Source of the DNA: a virus
Length of the DNA stretch: 64,000 nt
Virus record (IMG/VR): IMGVR_UViG_3300045996_003734
Location: 32,001-96,000 of that record
Strand: one strand, 5' to 3'
The position numbers and the translations under genes are program-made. The notes under the pieces were generated by a model. The model did not search any database, had not been told where the DNA came from, and saw only the letters and a program-made list of their open reading frames with translations. Positions 28,760-38,447 of the stretch are shown here, one piece after another; position 1 is the stretch's first letter, and every line of letters begins with the position of its first letter.

Positions 28760-31270
28760 TCAGGAGTCTTCCACGGTCGGGTCGCGCTCGAGCTCGGTCA
28801 CCCGGACGGTGAGATGGGCGTCGGCGCCGAGCGTGTTTGTGACGCTGAGGCGCAGGTTGTTGCCGCTAATCGAGGCGTTAACGGTCAGGTTCACGGAGTC
28901 GCCCGAGGTGAACAAGCTGGACTGCACGGGCGTGCTCGCGGCGCCGCTTCCGGAGCGCTGGGTCTCAACGTGCACGATCTTCGTGCCTCGGTCGCCGGAC
29001 GCATCCTCGGCCAGGACCTTCACGCGGAAGAGGTAGCGGGTGGACGGCAGGAGCGGCACGTCGATGTTGGCCGTGGTGCCGGCGCTCGCCACGTCCACGC
29101 TCGACAGCGAGCCGACCAAGCCGCCGATTCCGTCGTTCTCGATGGCCGCGGCTCCGATCTTGGTGTTCGTGCCGCCGTCGCTGAACGGCGAGCCGTTCCC
29201 CGAGATTCGCGTCTCCGCGATGCGCGTGCCGTCAGCGGAGCCTTCGATCTCGATGCCGTTCTGGGTGTTGCCGGTGACGACGCTGCCGCCGCCGATGAAG
29301 GCTCGGTCTCCGCGGATCTGGATGCCGTCGTCGGTGTTGTCGCGTGCCGTGACGCCGAGGAGGGAGGCGTCGTCGGCGCCGGCCGCAATGAGGAAGCCGT
29401 CGGCGTTGCCGTAGCTCGTGGTGCCGACGACCTTGTTTCGCAGCCCGTTCAGGATGACGCCGCGCGAGCAAGCGGTGAGCGAGCCACCTTGCACGACCGC
29501 GTCCGGCGCGTTCAGGTCGATGCCGCTCGAGAGGCCCGCGGACCCCGTCCCTGTCGCGTCGAAGCCCTTTACCTCGCAGAACACGGCCGTCGGCTCAGTG
29601 GTCAGCCCGGCCACGGCGCAGGCCTCCGCCGTGCAGTCGGTGACCTTCGTGCGGGGCCCGCGGATGCGGAAGCCGGAGCCCACCGCGGTGAAGGCGTTGC
29701 AGTCCGTCAGCCGCGTGAGGTCCGCCTCGCTGTCGACCAGGAAGGCCTCGTCGCCGGTGTCCTCGACGTCGACCCCGATCACCTTGTTGCGCTTACCGTA
29801 GACGGTCACGCCGAGGAGCATGTCCTTCACGTAGCCGCCCTCGACCGTGACGTGGTCGGCCGCGATGTAGACGCCTAGCGAGGTGGCGCCGTCGTTGCCG
29901 CGGCAGTTGAAGTTGCTGAGGTGCGCCCTGTGCCCGCCGAAGCCGACGCCGGGGTCGCCCATCACACCCTCGCGGAAGCGGATGTAGTGCCCGTCGGGCG
30001 GCCCGTCGCTGGTCCAGACGTTCGTCACTTCGCACGGTCCCCGGATGTCCAAGCCGGCTTGCTCGGTCAGCGTCGTGTCGAGGCCCCAATGGCGCAGGTC
30101 GAGGTGCGCCAGGGACATCGAGCCGTTGCCGTTGCCGACGTTTTTCATGTCGATGCAGTCGGCGCCGGTGTGGTGGATGTACAGGTGGGAGAGGTCCACG
30201 CGCTTCTTGTCGCCGCCCTGCAGCCCCAGGCCGTAGCCGTAGCAGTTCTTGATCTCGACGCGGTGGATGCGCAGACCGTCGCAGCCGCCCGTCCCCGTAC
30301 GGAGACCGTGGACGGACGAGGTGTTGCCCGAGCCCGGGTTCACGAGCTGGCTGTTGCCGTCGAGAGTGAGGTCGCTGATCTCGATCTCGGTCGCGCCGTC
30401 GATGTTGAACAGGTTGGCGTTCGCGCCGTTCGCCGCGCGGATGATGGTCTTTCCCCGCCCTGCTCCGCGAAGCGTGACGTTGGCCAACCCGGTTAGCGAG
30501 AGGCACACGTCATCGATCGCGGACTCGTTCACCAGGTACGCGGCGCCGAGCCCGTCGGGCACGTAGACCAGGCCCGCTCCAGCGGTGTTTGCGGCCGCGA
30601 GCGCCGCCTGAAGGGCCACGCGGTTGGCCGCCGCGAGCGCCGCCGGCGACGCTCCGTACGTGCCGAGCTTCACGTTGAAGTAGGCGAATAGGTCGCGCAC
30701 CGCGATGCCGCCGTCCTTCAGCTCCTTGCCGTTGGCGCTCTGGAAGACCGGCACGCGGTCGACCACGGCCGAGGCCGGCCCGAGCACGTCACCACCGCCC
30801 GGAGGCACCACGTCCACGTCGTCGTTCTGGTTGTCAGCCCAGCCGCCCGCCGAGTACTGCGTGCCCTCGGTGGCGATAATCTTGCGGCGGCCGAGCGCGC
30901 TCCGAACGCACACCAGGCGCTCGAACACGAAGTCCGCGCTCGGTCGGTCGTTCCGGTCGAGGCCTCCGTTCACGAGGCAGCGCACCACCCAGGAGGCCGC
31001 ACCGGTGGCGGGAACGTTGAGCGAGACCGCCGTCGCCGGCGTCGCCGCGTCCACCTTCTGCCCCGTGCTCGAGCCGACCAGCGTGAGCAGCGCGGCCCCC
31101 TTGCTGGCCCTCGGCGACTTGTCGTCGCTGGCGCTGTACACCTCGTACGTCACCCGCCGCACTACGCCGGTGAGCGCCTCGAGCTGGAGCACGAGCGACG
31201 CGCCGCTCACCGTGTCGTAGCCACGCGCCGAGCTCGGGCTACCTTGGATGGTGAAACGGGCGAGGTTCAC
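28760..31270 (-). CDS. Right-handed beta-helix (pectate-lyase-like) spike/depolymerase
   Basis: ALQAAL...GLVYVP, VTLRGAG, ISDLTLDGN, repeated N..DGI.I coils. Confidence 0.8.
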   Translation of the reverse strand: MNLARFTIQGSPSSARGYDTVSGASLVLQLEALTGVVRRVTYEVYSASDDKSPRASKGAALLTLVGSSTGQKVDAATPATAVSLNVPATGAASWVVRCLVNGGLDRNDRPSADFVFERLVCVRSALGRRKIIATEGTQYSAGGWADNQNDDVDVVPPGGGDVLGPASAVVDRVPVFQSANGKELKDGGIAVRDLFAYFNVKLGTYGASPAALAAANRVALQAALAAANTAGAGLVYVPDGLGAAYLVNESAIDDVCLSLTGLANVTLRGAGRGKTIIRAANGANANLFNIDGATEIEISDLTLDGNSQLVNPGSGNTSSVHGLRTGTGGCDGLRIHRVEIKNCYGYGLGLQGGDKKRVDLSHLYIHHTGADCIDMKNVGNGNGSMSLAHLDLRHWGLDTTLTEQAGLDIRGPCEVTNVWTSDGPPDGHYIRFREGVMGDPGVGFGGHRAHLSNFNCRGNDGATSLGVYIAADHVTVEGGYVKDMLLGVTVYGKRNKVIGVDVEDTGDEAFLVDSEADLTRLTDCNAFTAVGSGFRIRGPRTKVTDCTAEACAVAGLTTEPTAVFCEVKGFDATGTGSAGLSSGIDLNAPDAVVQGGSLTACSRGVILNGLRNKVVGTTSYGNADGFLIAAGADDASLLGVTARDNTDDGIQIRGDRAFIGGGSVVTGNTQNGIEIEGSADGTRIAETRISGNGSPFSDGGTNTKIGAAAIENDGIGGLVGSLSSVDVASAGTTANIDVPLLPSTRYLFRVKVLAEDASGDRGTKIVHVETQRSGSGAASTPVQSSLFTSGDSVNLTVNASISGNNLRLSVTNTLGADAHLTVRVTELERDPTVEDS

Positions 31271-31308
31271 GGGCTCGGTATGCGAGCCGGGGGCCGCTCT
31301 GACCCTCG

Positions 31309-32856
31309 CTAGTAGCCGCCGGTCGCGACGCCCTTCCGCGCCCCCCGCGCCGGCACCTTGGGCTTGCTCGCCGGCTGCTTGTCCGCGAAGTCCCAGTTGT
31401 GCACGGTCGAGTCCACCTGGTCGTCCTCGGCGCCGTCCACGCCCGTAAACCGCTCGTGCTCCTTGAGGTACGGGCCGATCCACTTGCCCTCATCCCAGCA
31501 CTCGAGTTCGCGTAGCAGTTTCTGCAACGCCACCGAGTCCAGGGTGGGGTCGTGGTCGAGCGGGACCTGGAAGCGCCCTTGCCCCCAAGCGGCAGCGGCG
31601 GCTTGCGCGGCTGAGAACTTGTCGACGGTGCGCGGCACTTCCACGAGCCGGAGCTTCGGATTCAGGCGGCGGAGGTTCTGTGCGACGCTCTGCCCCTGCC
31701 CGCCCTGGGTCTCGATGACGATGGGCACGCCCGGCCAGCTCGCCTGCAGCACCGCCAGCACGCGCACGACGTCCGGCGTCTCGAGCTGCATGCGGTAGCA
31801 GCGCAGCACCTGGCCGTAGAGCATGCCGGTCAGCACCACGCCCTCGGGGCTTTCCCAGGGCGCTCGCCAGTAGCAGCAGATGGTGATGGCTGTGTGGTCG
31901 GCGCTCGTCTTGGCGGTGCCGGCGGCGTCCACGGCGATGACGATTTGCCGGCCCTGCCGGATGGCCTGCCCCATGTAGCGGCGCGGCTCGCCGAAGACCG
32001 AGCCCCCCTTGGGCCGCGGCCGCTGCATGTACTGCGACCACCAGTTGTACTCCCCGACGACAGCGCGGATTTGAAGCAGCGCCTTCAGGTCGTAGCGCGC
32101 CTCCCAGAGCGGCTTGCCGTGCTCGTCGATGGCCGGCAGCGAGACGAACTCGAACGCCGGCATGTTCTCCGGGTCCTCCTCGCAGCGCTTCCGGATGCGC
32201 GCGAGCAGGTCGTCGTCGTTCCACCTCTGATGAAAGACGATGACGGATGCGCCCGGCTCGCGACGGGTGAACTGGTCGCCGATGAAGCTCTGCCAGACGG
32301 CTTCGCGCACCGTCTCGCTCTCGGCCTCCGCGCGGTTCTTAAAGGCGTCGTCGTTGAGCAGGAGGTCGAGGCCCTTGGAAACCAGGCCGCCGTCGCGCCC
32401 CACAGCGACGAACCCCCCGCCGCCCGCCGTCTGCCAGTGCCGCACGCTCGCGCTCGGGTCCCACTTCTTGCCGGGGCCGGAGCGCTGGAAGTCCACGCCC
32501 GCGTCGACCGCGCGCTGCCGCGCGATGCGGCTCTGGTCGTCCGCTACGTCCTGGCTGTAGGTCGAGTAGACGACGCGCTTGGAGGGCTTGTACTTGAGAA
32601 ACCGCGCGGCCCCGTGGAAGACGATCTCGGACTTGCCGTGCCGCGGCGGCGCCTCCACCCCGGCGTAAACCTCCTCGCCCGCTTGGATGCGGTCGAAGAG
32701 GTCACACATGCGCGAGAGCGCGATGGGCGATGCGTAGCGCGGCGAAGCCCACGGGATGAACTCGAGCAGCTCCGTGCGGCCGCGAATCTCTTGGGTCCGG
32801 CGCCGCGCCAGCGCCCGCTGGTACGCCTCACTTTTTTGGTGCTGCTGGAGGTCCAA
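31309..32856 (-). CDS. terL: Terminase large subunit
   Basis: APPRHGKS Walker A, LLLNDD Walker B, HQRW, IAVD, DDQVDS. Confidence 0.95.
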   Translation of the reverse strand: MDLQQHQKSEAYQRALARRRTQEIRGRTELLEFIPWASPRYASPIALSRMCDLFDRIQAGEEVYAGVEAPPRHGKSEIVFHGAARFLKYKPSKRVVYSTYSQDVADDQSRIARQRAVDAGVDFQRSGPGKKWDPSASVRHWQTAGGGGFVAVGRDGGLVSKGLDLLLNDDAFKNRAEAESETVREAVWQSFIGDQFTRREPGASVIVFHQRWNDDDLLARIRKRCEEDPENMPAFEFVSLPAIDEHGKPLWEARYDLKALLQIRAVVGEYNWWSQYMQRPRPKGGSVFGEPRRYMGQAIRQGRQIVIAVDAAGTAKTSADHTAITICCYWRAPWESPEGVVLTGMLYGQVLRCYRMQLETPDVVRVLAVLQASWPGVPIVIETQGGQGQSVAQNLRRLNPKLRLVEVPRTVDKFSAAQAAAAAWGQGRFQVPLDHDPTLDSVALQKLLRELECWDEGKWIGPYLKEHERFTGVDGAEDDQVDSTVHNWDFADKQPASKPKVPARGARKGVATGGY

Positions 32857-33442
32857 ACCGCTCGGGCCTCTGACCCGTATCTCCGTAGGCTATGACCTCT
32901 TCCTCGGTCCAACCCTCGAAGGGGTCCGGTGCCTTGACCACGATGTTTTGGCGGAGCTCGCCCATGTGCTCGAGCAGCGTGCGCGCCGCCTGCACGCGGT
33001 CGCTCTCGTTCTCCTGGAGCACCTGGAGCAGTCGGAGCCTCGCAATGCTCACCAGCTTCTCCCGCTGCCCGGTGGTGTAGTCCACCAGCCTCGAGGCCTC
33101 GGCCGAGTAGTGCTGGACGGTCTTGACGCTCATCATCCACGCCGGCGAGCTCCACCGCTTCGCTAGCACCTTCGCCATGCTGGCCCGCCACTCTCCGGAG
33201 GCCATCAGCTGCGCGATTTCGAAGATGCGACCGCGCTTGATCTCTTGGGGCGTGAGCACCGGGGCGTTGGGGTCGGTCGGGATGTCCGCGGGCGTGAGAG
33301 GCGGCAAGTCGTCGGGGTCCTGCTCCTGCTCGCGCTCTGCCTTGGCGGCCTTGCGCTTCGACTTCTTCGCAGCCTTGCGCTTGGACGATGGAGCACGAGA
33401 TCCATTCGGCGCCGTATCTGAGGGTCCAGCCGTCACGCCCAA
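32828..33442 (-). CDS. Terminase small subunit (putative)
   Basis: Directly upstream of terL; helical; WTEEEV tail. Confidence 0.6.
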   Translation of the reverse strand: MGVTAGPSDTAPNGSRAPSSKRKAAKKSKRKAAKAEREQEQDPDDLPPLTPADIPTDPNAPVLTPQEIKRGRIFEIAQLMASGEWRASMAKVLAKRWSSPAWMMSVKTVQHYSAEASRLVDYTTGQREKLVSIARLRLLQVLQENESDRVQAARTLLEHMGELRQNIVVKAPDPFEGWTEEEVIAYGDTGQRPERFGPPAAPKK

Positions 33443-33452
33443 CAGCCCCCGC

Positions 33453-33481
33453 TTGACGCCGTGACAGAGGGGCCCTCTGCT
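33453..33481 (+). promoter_or_regulatory. Moron promoter
   Basis: TTGACG-17-TCTGCT-8-ATG, same geometry as 8523-8560. Confidence 0.55.
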
Positions 33482-33489
33482 GGGCGGTT

Positions 33490-33906
33490 ATGATCCGAGC
33501 GATTTGTACAATCTTGGTACTTCTTACAGTCGCCTGCAGCTCTGACGACGACGCGCAAGCGTGCGCCCTCGAGCATCGGGACGGCACGTACCTGCTTAAG
33601 ATGACCGAGCGCTCTGGAAACTGCGGCGCCGTCCCCGACTCGGTCACCCGCCAGAATCCCACGCTCAACTCGATCGGTAACGGTTGCGCCCTCGATGCCG
33701 ACGACGACCTGAGCGCCGACAAATGTTCTCTCTCTCGTTCGGCCACTTGCCCCACCGAGGACGGCGGCACAATTAGCTTGGTGGGGGTCGTCAAGGAGCA
33801 GGATGGCGGAGCGAAGCTTACCGGTCTGCTCACCGTGACCTTGCGCGATGACGCCGGCAGCACGCTCTGCATGGGCACCTACGACGCCACGTACACGCGG
33901 CAGTAG
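33490..33906 (+). CDS. Moron lipoprotein (Cys-containing beta domain)
   Basis: LVLLTVA-C lipobox; opposite strand to the operon. Confidence 0.8.
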   Translation: MIRAICTILVLLTVACSSDDDAQACALEHRDGTYLLKMTERSGNCGAVPDSVTRQNPTLNSIGNGCALDADDDLSADKCSLSRSATCPTEDGGTISLVGVVKEQDGGAKLTGLLTVTLRDDAGSTLCMGTYDATYTRQ

Positions 33907-33953
33907 CGACCTCCCGCGCGCGTCGCGCGCGTGACCTGGGGGGCATTGGGTGT

Positions 33954-34247
33954 TCAACCGACGCTCCGTCTCCGGTAGTCGTTCTGGGGCTTGCAGAGGT
34001 GAAACAGCGTGCAGTGTGGGCATTTGTAGGGCGTGACCTTGTTCCGGCCCTGGCCGCGCATGACGCGGGCGGCGTGCTTCGCGTTGGCCCGGGTCGAGTA
34101 CGTGCGCTTGTCGGTGCAGGCGCGGGCCTCGAAGCTGGAGACGCCGCGGGCTTGCATGTCGAGCCGGCGTTGAGCCGCGCGCGCCGTGGGGAGCTGAGCC
34201 ACTAGCGGGTACCCGCTAGTGGCGGTTCGAAGCCGCATGCGGGGCAA
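33954..34247 (-). CDS. Small Zn-ribbon protein
   Basis: C..KRTY...YKCPHCTLFHL; true start may be downstream. Confidence 0.65.
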   Translation of the reverse strand: MPRMRLRTATSGYPLVAQLPTARAAQRRLDMQARGVSSFEARACTDKRTYSTRANAKHAARVMRGQGRNKVTPYKCPHCTLFHLCKPQNDYRRRSVG

Positions 34248-34474
34248 CGGGGGTTGCCCTTGAAGTCGTGGCTTCGTGTGCCGTCAGCGCAGCGTGGCCA
34301 CACTCCGAACGCCAGGTAGCGGTCCCTGTCGGCGAATCGCCTCAGGAGCCCCTGCATGAGCAACCCGCGAAGCGAGCCCGGCTCCGACATGGCGAACCGC
34401 GGCGGCACCTGAACAACCGGCGAGAGAAAGATGGCGCGCGCTTTCTGCCGGAAGCGGCGCAGCTTGGAGCCCAT
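34202..34474 (-). CDS. Hypothetical protein
   Basis: Coupled ORF; C..H..CxxC. Confidence 0.5.
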   Translation of the reverse strand: MGSKLRRFRQKARAIFLSPVVQVPPRFAMSEPGSLRGLLMQGLLRRFADRDRYLAFGVWPRCADGTRSHDFKGNPRCPACGFEPPLAGTR

Positions 34475-35202
34475 CAGGCCGTCGCCCCCAGCTCCAGTTG
34501 CTTCTCGTCAGCCCGTAGCGCGCGCGCCTCGATGATTTCGCCGGTGTCGAGCCGGGTGACCTCGACCACCCCGAGCTTGTAGTTGGTCTTCTGCTCACAC
34601 TCGACGGCGCGCTCTTCGATGGCTTGGCCGGAGGCGACCACCAGCCGGATGAACTCCTTTTGGCATTCCGCGATTTGCGCGCGCTTTTCGCGCATCAGGT
34701 TCTTGAGCTCCGTCTCGAGCCGCTCGCGCTCGAGCAGCTTGCCGGCGGCGGCTTGCGCGGCCTTGTGGGACTGCTCGGGCGTGAGGGCGCAGGGCAGCGT
34801 GCGTTCGATTCGGATCTTCTTGATGGCTTGCTTGGTCACGGCGTCGCTCCTCGCCCAGCAAAGGGCCTCGTAGGTCAGCAGCCCGGCGTCCTCAGCAGCC
34901 GCCAGGGTTTGAATGGTGAAGTTGCGGCTCCAGCCGAGGCGCTTCGAGGCGATGGCCAAGAGCTCGTCGGGGGAGCTGCACTCGATGACGGCGGCGAGCT
35001 GCGAGGCGCGGGGGGCCCAGCAGGGGTCCGCGCAGGCCTCCCTGCCCTTCGTCGGTGCCCGAGGCTCGGTCGTGAAGTCCTCGTCCGGAGCGTGGTGCCG
35101 GAGCCAGTGCAGCGTCGACCGCAGGTCGTCCTCGGTGGCTTCCGGGAACTGGCGGCGTAGCGAGCCGAACAGGTAGGCCTGGCTCTTCTTGCGCTTCGCC
35201 AC
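34474..35202 (-). CDS. Hypothetical phage protein; probable internal start near 34838 (coiled-coil domain)
   Basis: GGAGG-GTG and AGGAG-GTG starts within ORF 34474-35598. Confidence 0.55.
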   Translation of the reverse strand: MAKRKKSQAYLFGSLRRQFPEATEDDLRSTLHWLRHHAPDEDFTTEPRAPTKGREACADPCWAPRASQLAAVIECSSPDELLAIASKRLGWSRNFTIQTLAAAEDAGLLTYEALCWARSDAVTKQAIKKIRIERTLPCALTPEQSHKAAQAAAGKLLERERLETELKNLMREKRAQIAECQKEFIRLVVASGQAIEERAVECEQKTNYKLGVVEVTRLDTGEIIEARALRADEKQLELGATA

Positions 35203-35273
35203 CTCGCGGATGGTCCCGCCGATGTTTCGAGCCGCCTTGGTGCAGACGTCGAGCGCGAAGTCGCGGAGAGCCC

Positions 35274-35591
35274 TCAGCGGAGCCTCCGCAGGGCGGTCCG
35301 GAGTGAGCTGAGGTTGAAGTCGGAGCGCCCCCCGTTCGAGCCGTCCAGGATGTCGAGGGCGAGCTGCTGAGCCTCCGGGCCATGCTTCCCGTCCAGCGCC
35401 GCGTCGGCGAGGTCGAGCAGCTCCTGTCGCTCCTTGCGGAGCTTCTCCCGCTCGACGAGCTCTTGCTCGCGCTGGATGGCGGCTTGGCGCTCCGGGCTCA
35501 GCGTGGCACCCATCGCGCGCTCGACGTGGGCAAGCGCTTCGGCGTCGTAGCCGGCGCGCTTCATTGCTTCCGCGTTTCGATTCAGGTTCAA
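35274..35591 (-). CDS. Hypothetical protein after the replication initiator
   Basis: TTGA overlap. Confidence 0.55.
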   Translation of the reverse strand: MNLNRNAEAMKRAGYDAEALAHVERAMGATLSPERQAAIQREQELVEREKLRKERQELLDLADAALDGKHGPEAQQLALDILDGSNGGRSDFNLSSLRTALRRLR

Positions 35592-36718
35592 GATTCACCT
35601 ACAGCGGCTAGGGTTGGCAGGACGGCACCGAGCAGCGCGGGGCCGCTCTTGGGGCCGCCCGAACGGTTGGGGTCGGGCTTCAGGCCGCTCTTGGCGCGGG
35701 CAATGCGCTCGAGCTGGTGCGGGGAAAGTTGGGTCTCGCGGGCGCCGGCCTGCTCGCGCCGAATGACCTCCACGGACAGCGCGCCCAGGCTCCGAGGCTT
35801 GCCTCCGTCCGCGCGCCACCACGGCGACTTGGTCACCCCGCGCACGGCGGTCAGCAGCTCGTCGGGCTCGAAGCCGGCCGCGAGCAGCGCCACGACGGCT
35901 CGCACCCCGGAGTCCTTGGCGTACGGCAGCAAGCGCGCCGAGCCGCGCATCCCGTTCGCTTCGTGCACGGCCTGCGCAACCGCTTGGACCTCCGGCCAGG
36001 TCTCCGGCGTGAGCCACTCGGCCATATGCCGGTTCCGTTCGGTGTACGCGGCTCGAGCGGCGATCGGCATGCGCATCGCCTCGGCCGGGTTTCGCGGCGT
36101 CTCGCCGACGAATGGCTGATCGGCAACCTCGACCGGTGCCGCCGGCGGTGGTGCTTCTTCGCGCGGTCGCGCGATCTCCGGCACGGCTGGCTTTGTACGG
36201 CTAGGCACAGCTGAGCTGGAGTGACCAACCGTGACCGGCTGTGACCGGTCGTGACGTTCGGTCACGGGCAGTGACTCGGCGTCACGAATCGTGACGGGTT
36301 GTGACGAGGTCTCCAGGACCGTGGCCACGACGGCCACCAGCTCGGCCGGCACGCCGGGCATCTCGGCCGCGCGGAGGGCTGCAGCGCGACGAGCGCGACT
36401 CTCGCGCTGGCGCTGCGCGTCGCTCTGCTTCGCCTCCTGCGCCCGAATGAAGTTCGGGACGAAGAGGACGCCGTCCGTCACCGCGACCACCTTGCGCTCG
36501 AGCAGCTTCGCCATGCCCGTGCGCGCGTGCTCGAGCGGGAGGTCGGCGAGAGCGGCTAACGCCTCGGCCGGCTCGAGGCCTTCGAGGTCCAGGACGCCGG
36601 CGCGGTCGACCTCCAAAAGCAGGGCGTGGAGGCACATGCGGCCGTCCCAGCCGAGCAGCTTCGTGGTGACGGTCTTGCGCGTGTAGACGCGAACGTAGCG
36701 TTCGTCTTCGAAGTTCAA
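35588..36718 (-). CDS. Replication initiator (lambda O/DnaD-like wHTH)
   Basis: FVPNFIRAQE...DAQRQRESRAR; VT.R/SQPVT repeats; C-terminal SPWW domain. Confidence 0.7.
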   Translation of the reverse strand: MNFEDERYVRVYTRKTVTTKLLGWDGRMCLHALLLEVDRAGVLDLEGLEPAEALAALADLPLEHARTGMAKLLERKVVAVTDGVLFVPNFIRAQEAKQSDAQRQRESRARRAAALRAAEMPGVPAELVAVVATVLETSSQPVTIRDAESLPVTERHDRSQPVTVGHSSSAVPSRTKPAVPEIARPREEAPPPAAPVEVADQPFVGETPRNPAEAMRMPIAARAAYTERNRHMAEWLTPETWPEVQAVAQAVHEANGMRGSARLLPYAKDSGVRAVVALLAAGFEPDELLTAVRGVTKSPWWRADGGKPRSLGALSVEVIRREQAGARETQLSPHQLERIARAKSGLKPDPNRSGGPKSGPALLGAVLPTLAAVGES

Positions 36719-37068
36719 ACCCAGGACTCCACGGCCGCGAAGGCCTCGACGACGTTGCGAACCACGGCGTAACGAACCCCGAGCCGCTCTGCCTTGGCCT
36801 GCCAAAGCTTCTGGCTAGGGAGCTGCCTGCCCTCTGCCGTCTTCACCTCGAGGCCGCCGAGGCGGCCGCCGGGGAGCACCAGGAGGATGTCCGGCGTGCC
36901 GGCAGGCGCCCCCTTGATCACGCGTCGCCGCGTGCGCACGGTGGCGCTGATGACCTGCGTCCCGCTGTTCGCCCGCCACGCCCAGATGCCTCGGAGGGCG
37001 AGCGCGCGGATGATGGCGGTGACGCGCGGGGACTCCTTGCCCCGTGCCCGGCGCCGATGCCTAAGCAC
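36715..37068 (-). CDS. VRR-NUC nuclease
   Basis: GTPDIL...GLEVK..GRQLPSQ. Confidence 0.88.
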   Translation of the reverse strand: MLRHRRRARGKESPRVTAIIRALALRGIWAWRANSGTQVISATVRTRRRVIKGAPAGTPDILLVLPGGRLGGLEVKTAEGRQLPSQKLWQAKAERLGVRYAVVRNVVEAFAAVESWV

Positions 37069-37585
37069 TGGTCACCTGCCGTCGGGCCGTCTTGGCCTGG
37101 TAGGTCGGGCGGCTCTCGAGCGCGGCGTGCAGGACCTCGCAGCTCTCGGCGCGCTTGTAGATGGTCAGGATGCTGATCTGCAGGGCGCGCGCGGCTCCCG
37201 TGATCGTCCCCTCAGCCAAGACGGCCGCGGCCATCTCCTCGCTGGTGATTCCCCGCGCCTTGTACTGGTACGTGGGCTTGTCGCACTCCGGGCAGGCGGC
37301 GACCGAGCGGAGGAAACCGTGTTCGCAGCGGGGCGTCAGGTAGAAGCGCTCCCGACCCACGAGTCGCCCCGACCGGTGCGACGGCTTCGACCGGTCGCGG
37401 TAGAAGTCCGACACGGACGTCTTGCACTCGATCAACGTGGACGTGCCGCGCGCCGTCCAGCCAAGCGCGTCCGGTGAGAGATTGGCGCAGAACGCCGAGC
37501 ACTCGGTGACGACCACGACGCTCTTGCGAGTGTGAGTGAGCCAGCGAGCGGCGCGCTGGACGAGCTCAGCGTGCGTCTCAGCCAT
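37061..37585 (-). CDS. PD-(D/E)XK nuclease-like (MmcB-like) protein with a C-terminal HTH
   Basis: PDALG...IECKTSVSDF.RD..K; GTITGAARAL. Confidence 0.65.
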   Translation of the reverse strand: MAETHAELVQRAARWLTHTRKSVVVVTECSAFCANLSPDALGWTARGTSTLIECKTSVSDFYRDRSKPSHRSGRLVGRERFYLTPRCEHGFLRSVAACPECDKPTYQYKARGITSEEMAAAVLAEGTITGAARALQISILTIYKRAESCEVLHAALESRPTYQAKTARRQVTSA

Positions 37586-37764
37586 GGGTCACCTGCTTGC
37601 GCGGACGACCCACGGGGCGCCCGGTGGGGACGTACGCTTGGCGCCTGAGGTCCCGCTCGCGCCGCTCCGTCTCCCGACCGACGAGGGTAACGCTGCCTAG
37701 CGGCTGCGTCGGCGCGGCCGGGCCGGTGCCGAGGCAGTCCAGGCAGTCGCAGCAGAGAGGGTGC

Positions 37765-37953
37765 TCAGCCACGGCCGGCCTCCTGCGCTTCCGCCCGCGC
37801 CTGCGCGGCCTTGCCCTTGGCGTACCGCTCCGCCTGGCACCCTTCGCACAGGCCGAGCAAGGCGTGGACGCCGTCGACCAGGTCCGTGCACTTCTTCGAG
37901 CAGCGCTCGCAGAGGTAGGTGACGGTGGGGCTCCGCTTACCGGCCACGGCCAC
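37765..37953 (-). CDS. Small Zn-finger protein
   Basis: CxxC...CxxC; GGAGG RBS. Confidence 0.5.
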   Translation of the reverse strand: MAVAGKRSPTVTYLCERCSKKCTDLVDGVHALLGLCEGCQAERYAKGKAAQARAEAQEAGRG

Positions 37954-38233
37954 CTCCGCTCGCGTGCGCGCGCCCGTGCTTCAACCCCTGTTCGTAGGCG
38001 AGCAGCTGCCCGGCCTCCGGCTCCCAACCGCAGGCGGTGCAGCGGTAGCGGTGGGACTGCTCGCCCGTCGGGACGAGTTCGTGCAGCAGGCACGCCTGGG
38101 TCCTGGCGTGCTGGGCCTTGATGGCCTCGAAGCGAGCCCTGGCCTCGTCGCGGGACATGCCCGTCAGCGCACCGACAATCGCCGCGCCGTCGTACGTGCC
38201 GTCTGGGTTTTGGAACCGGCGCGGGTCAGCCAC
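37937..38233 (-). CDS. Hypothetical protein
   Basis: C..H...YRCTACG; coupled. Confidence 0.6.
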   Translation of the reverse strand: MADPRRFQNPDGTYDGAAIVGALTGMSRDEARARFEAIKAQHARTQACLLHELVPTGEQSHRYRCTACGWEPEAGQLLAYEQGLKHGRAHASGGGRGR

Positions 38234-38447
38234 GGCCGCCCTCCCGCTCCAAGGCCTCGGCCACGTCCGCCATGGCCGCCAGGCGCTCGGCCCAGACGCG
38301 AGCGTTCGCCGGCGACAGGTCGAGCCCGGCGCCGTTGCTGAACTCGAGGATCACCTTGCCCGGCTCCGCCGACAGGTGGGCTGGCATTACGGACGGCCGA
38401 GCGGCCGCGCCTTGCCGATGGGCGGCCAGCTGAATGACCTTACCCAT
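38226..38447 (-). CDS. Hypothetical protein coupled to the integrase stop
   Basis: GGAGG RBS inside the int 3' end; 8-bp overlap. Confidence 0.6.
   Translation of the reverse strand: MGKVIQLAAHRQGAAARPSVMPAHLSAEPGKVILEFSNGAGLDLSPANARVWAERLAAMADVAEALEREGGRG

Noticed and set aside
10536-32895. Long plus-strand ORFs (e.g. 11663-13393, 25499-27154, 26815-28701, 28253-29878)
   Set aside because: Antisense shadows of real high-GC minus-strand genes; no motifs
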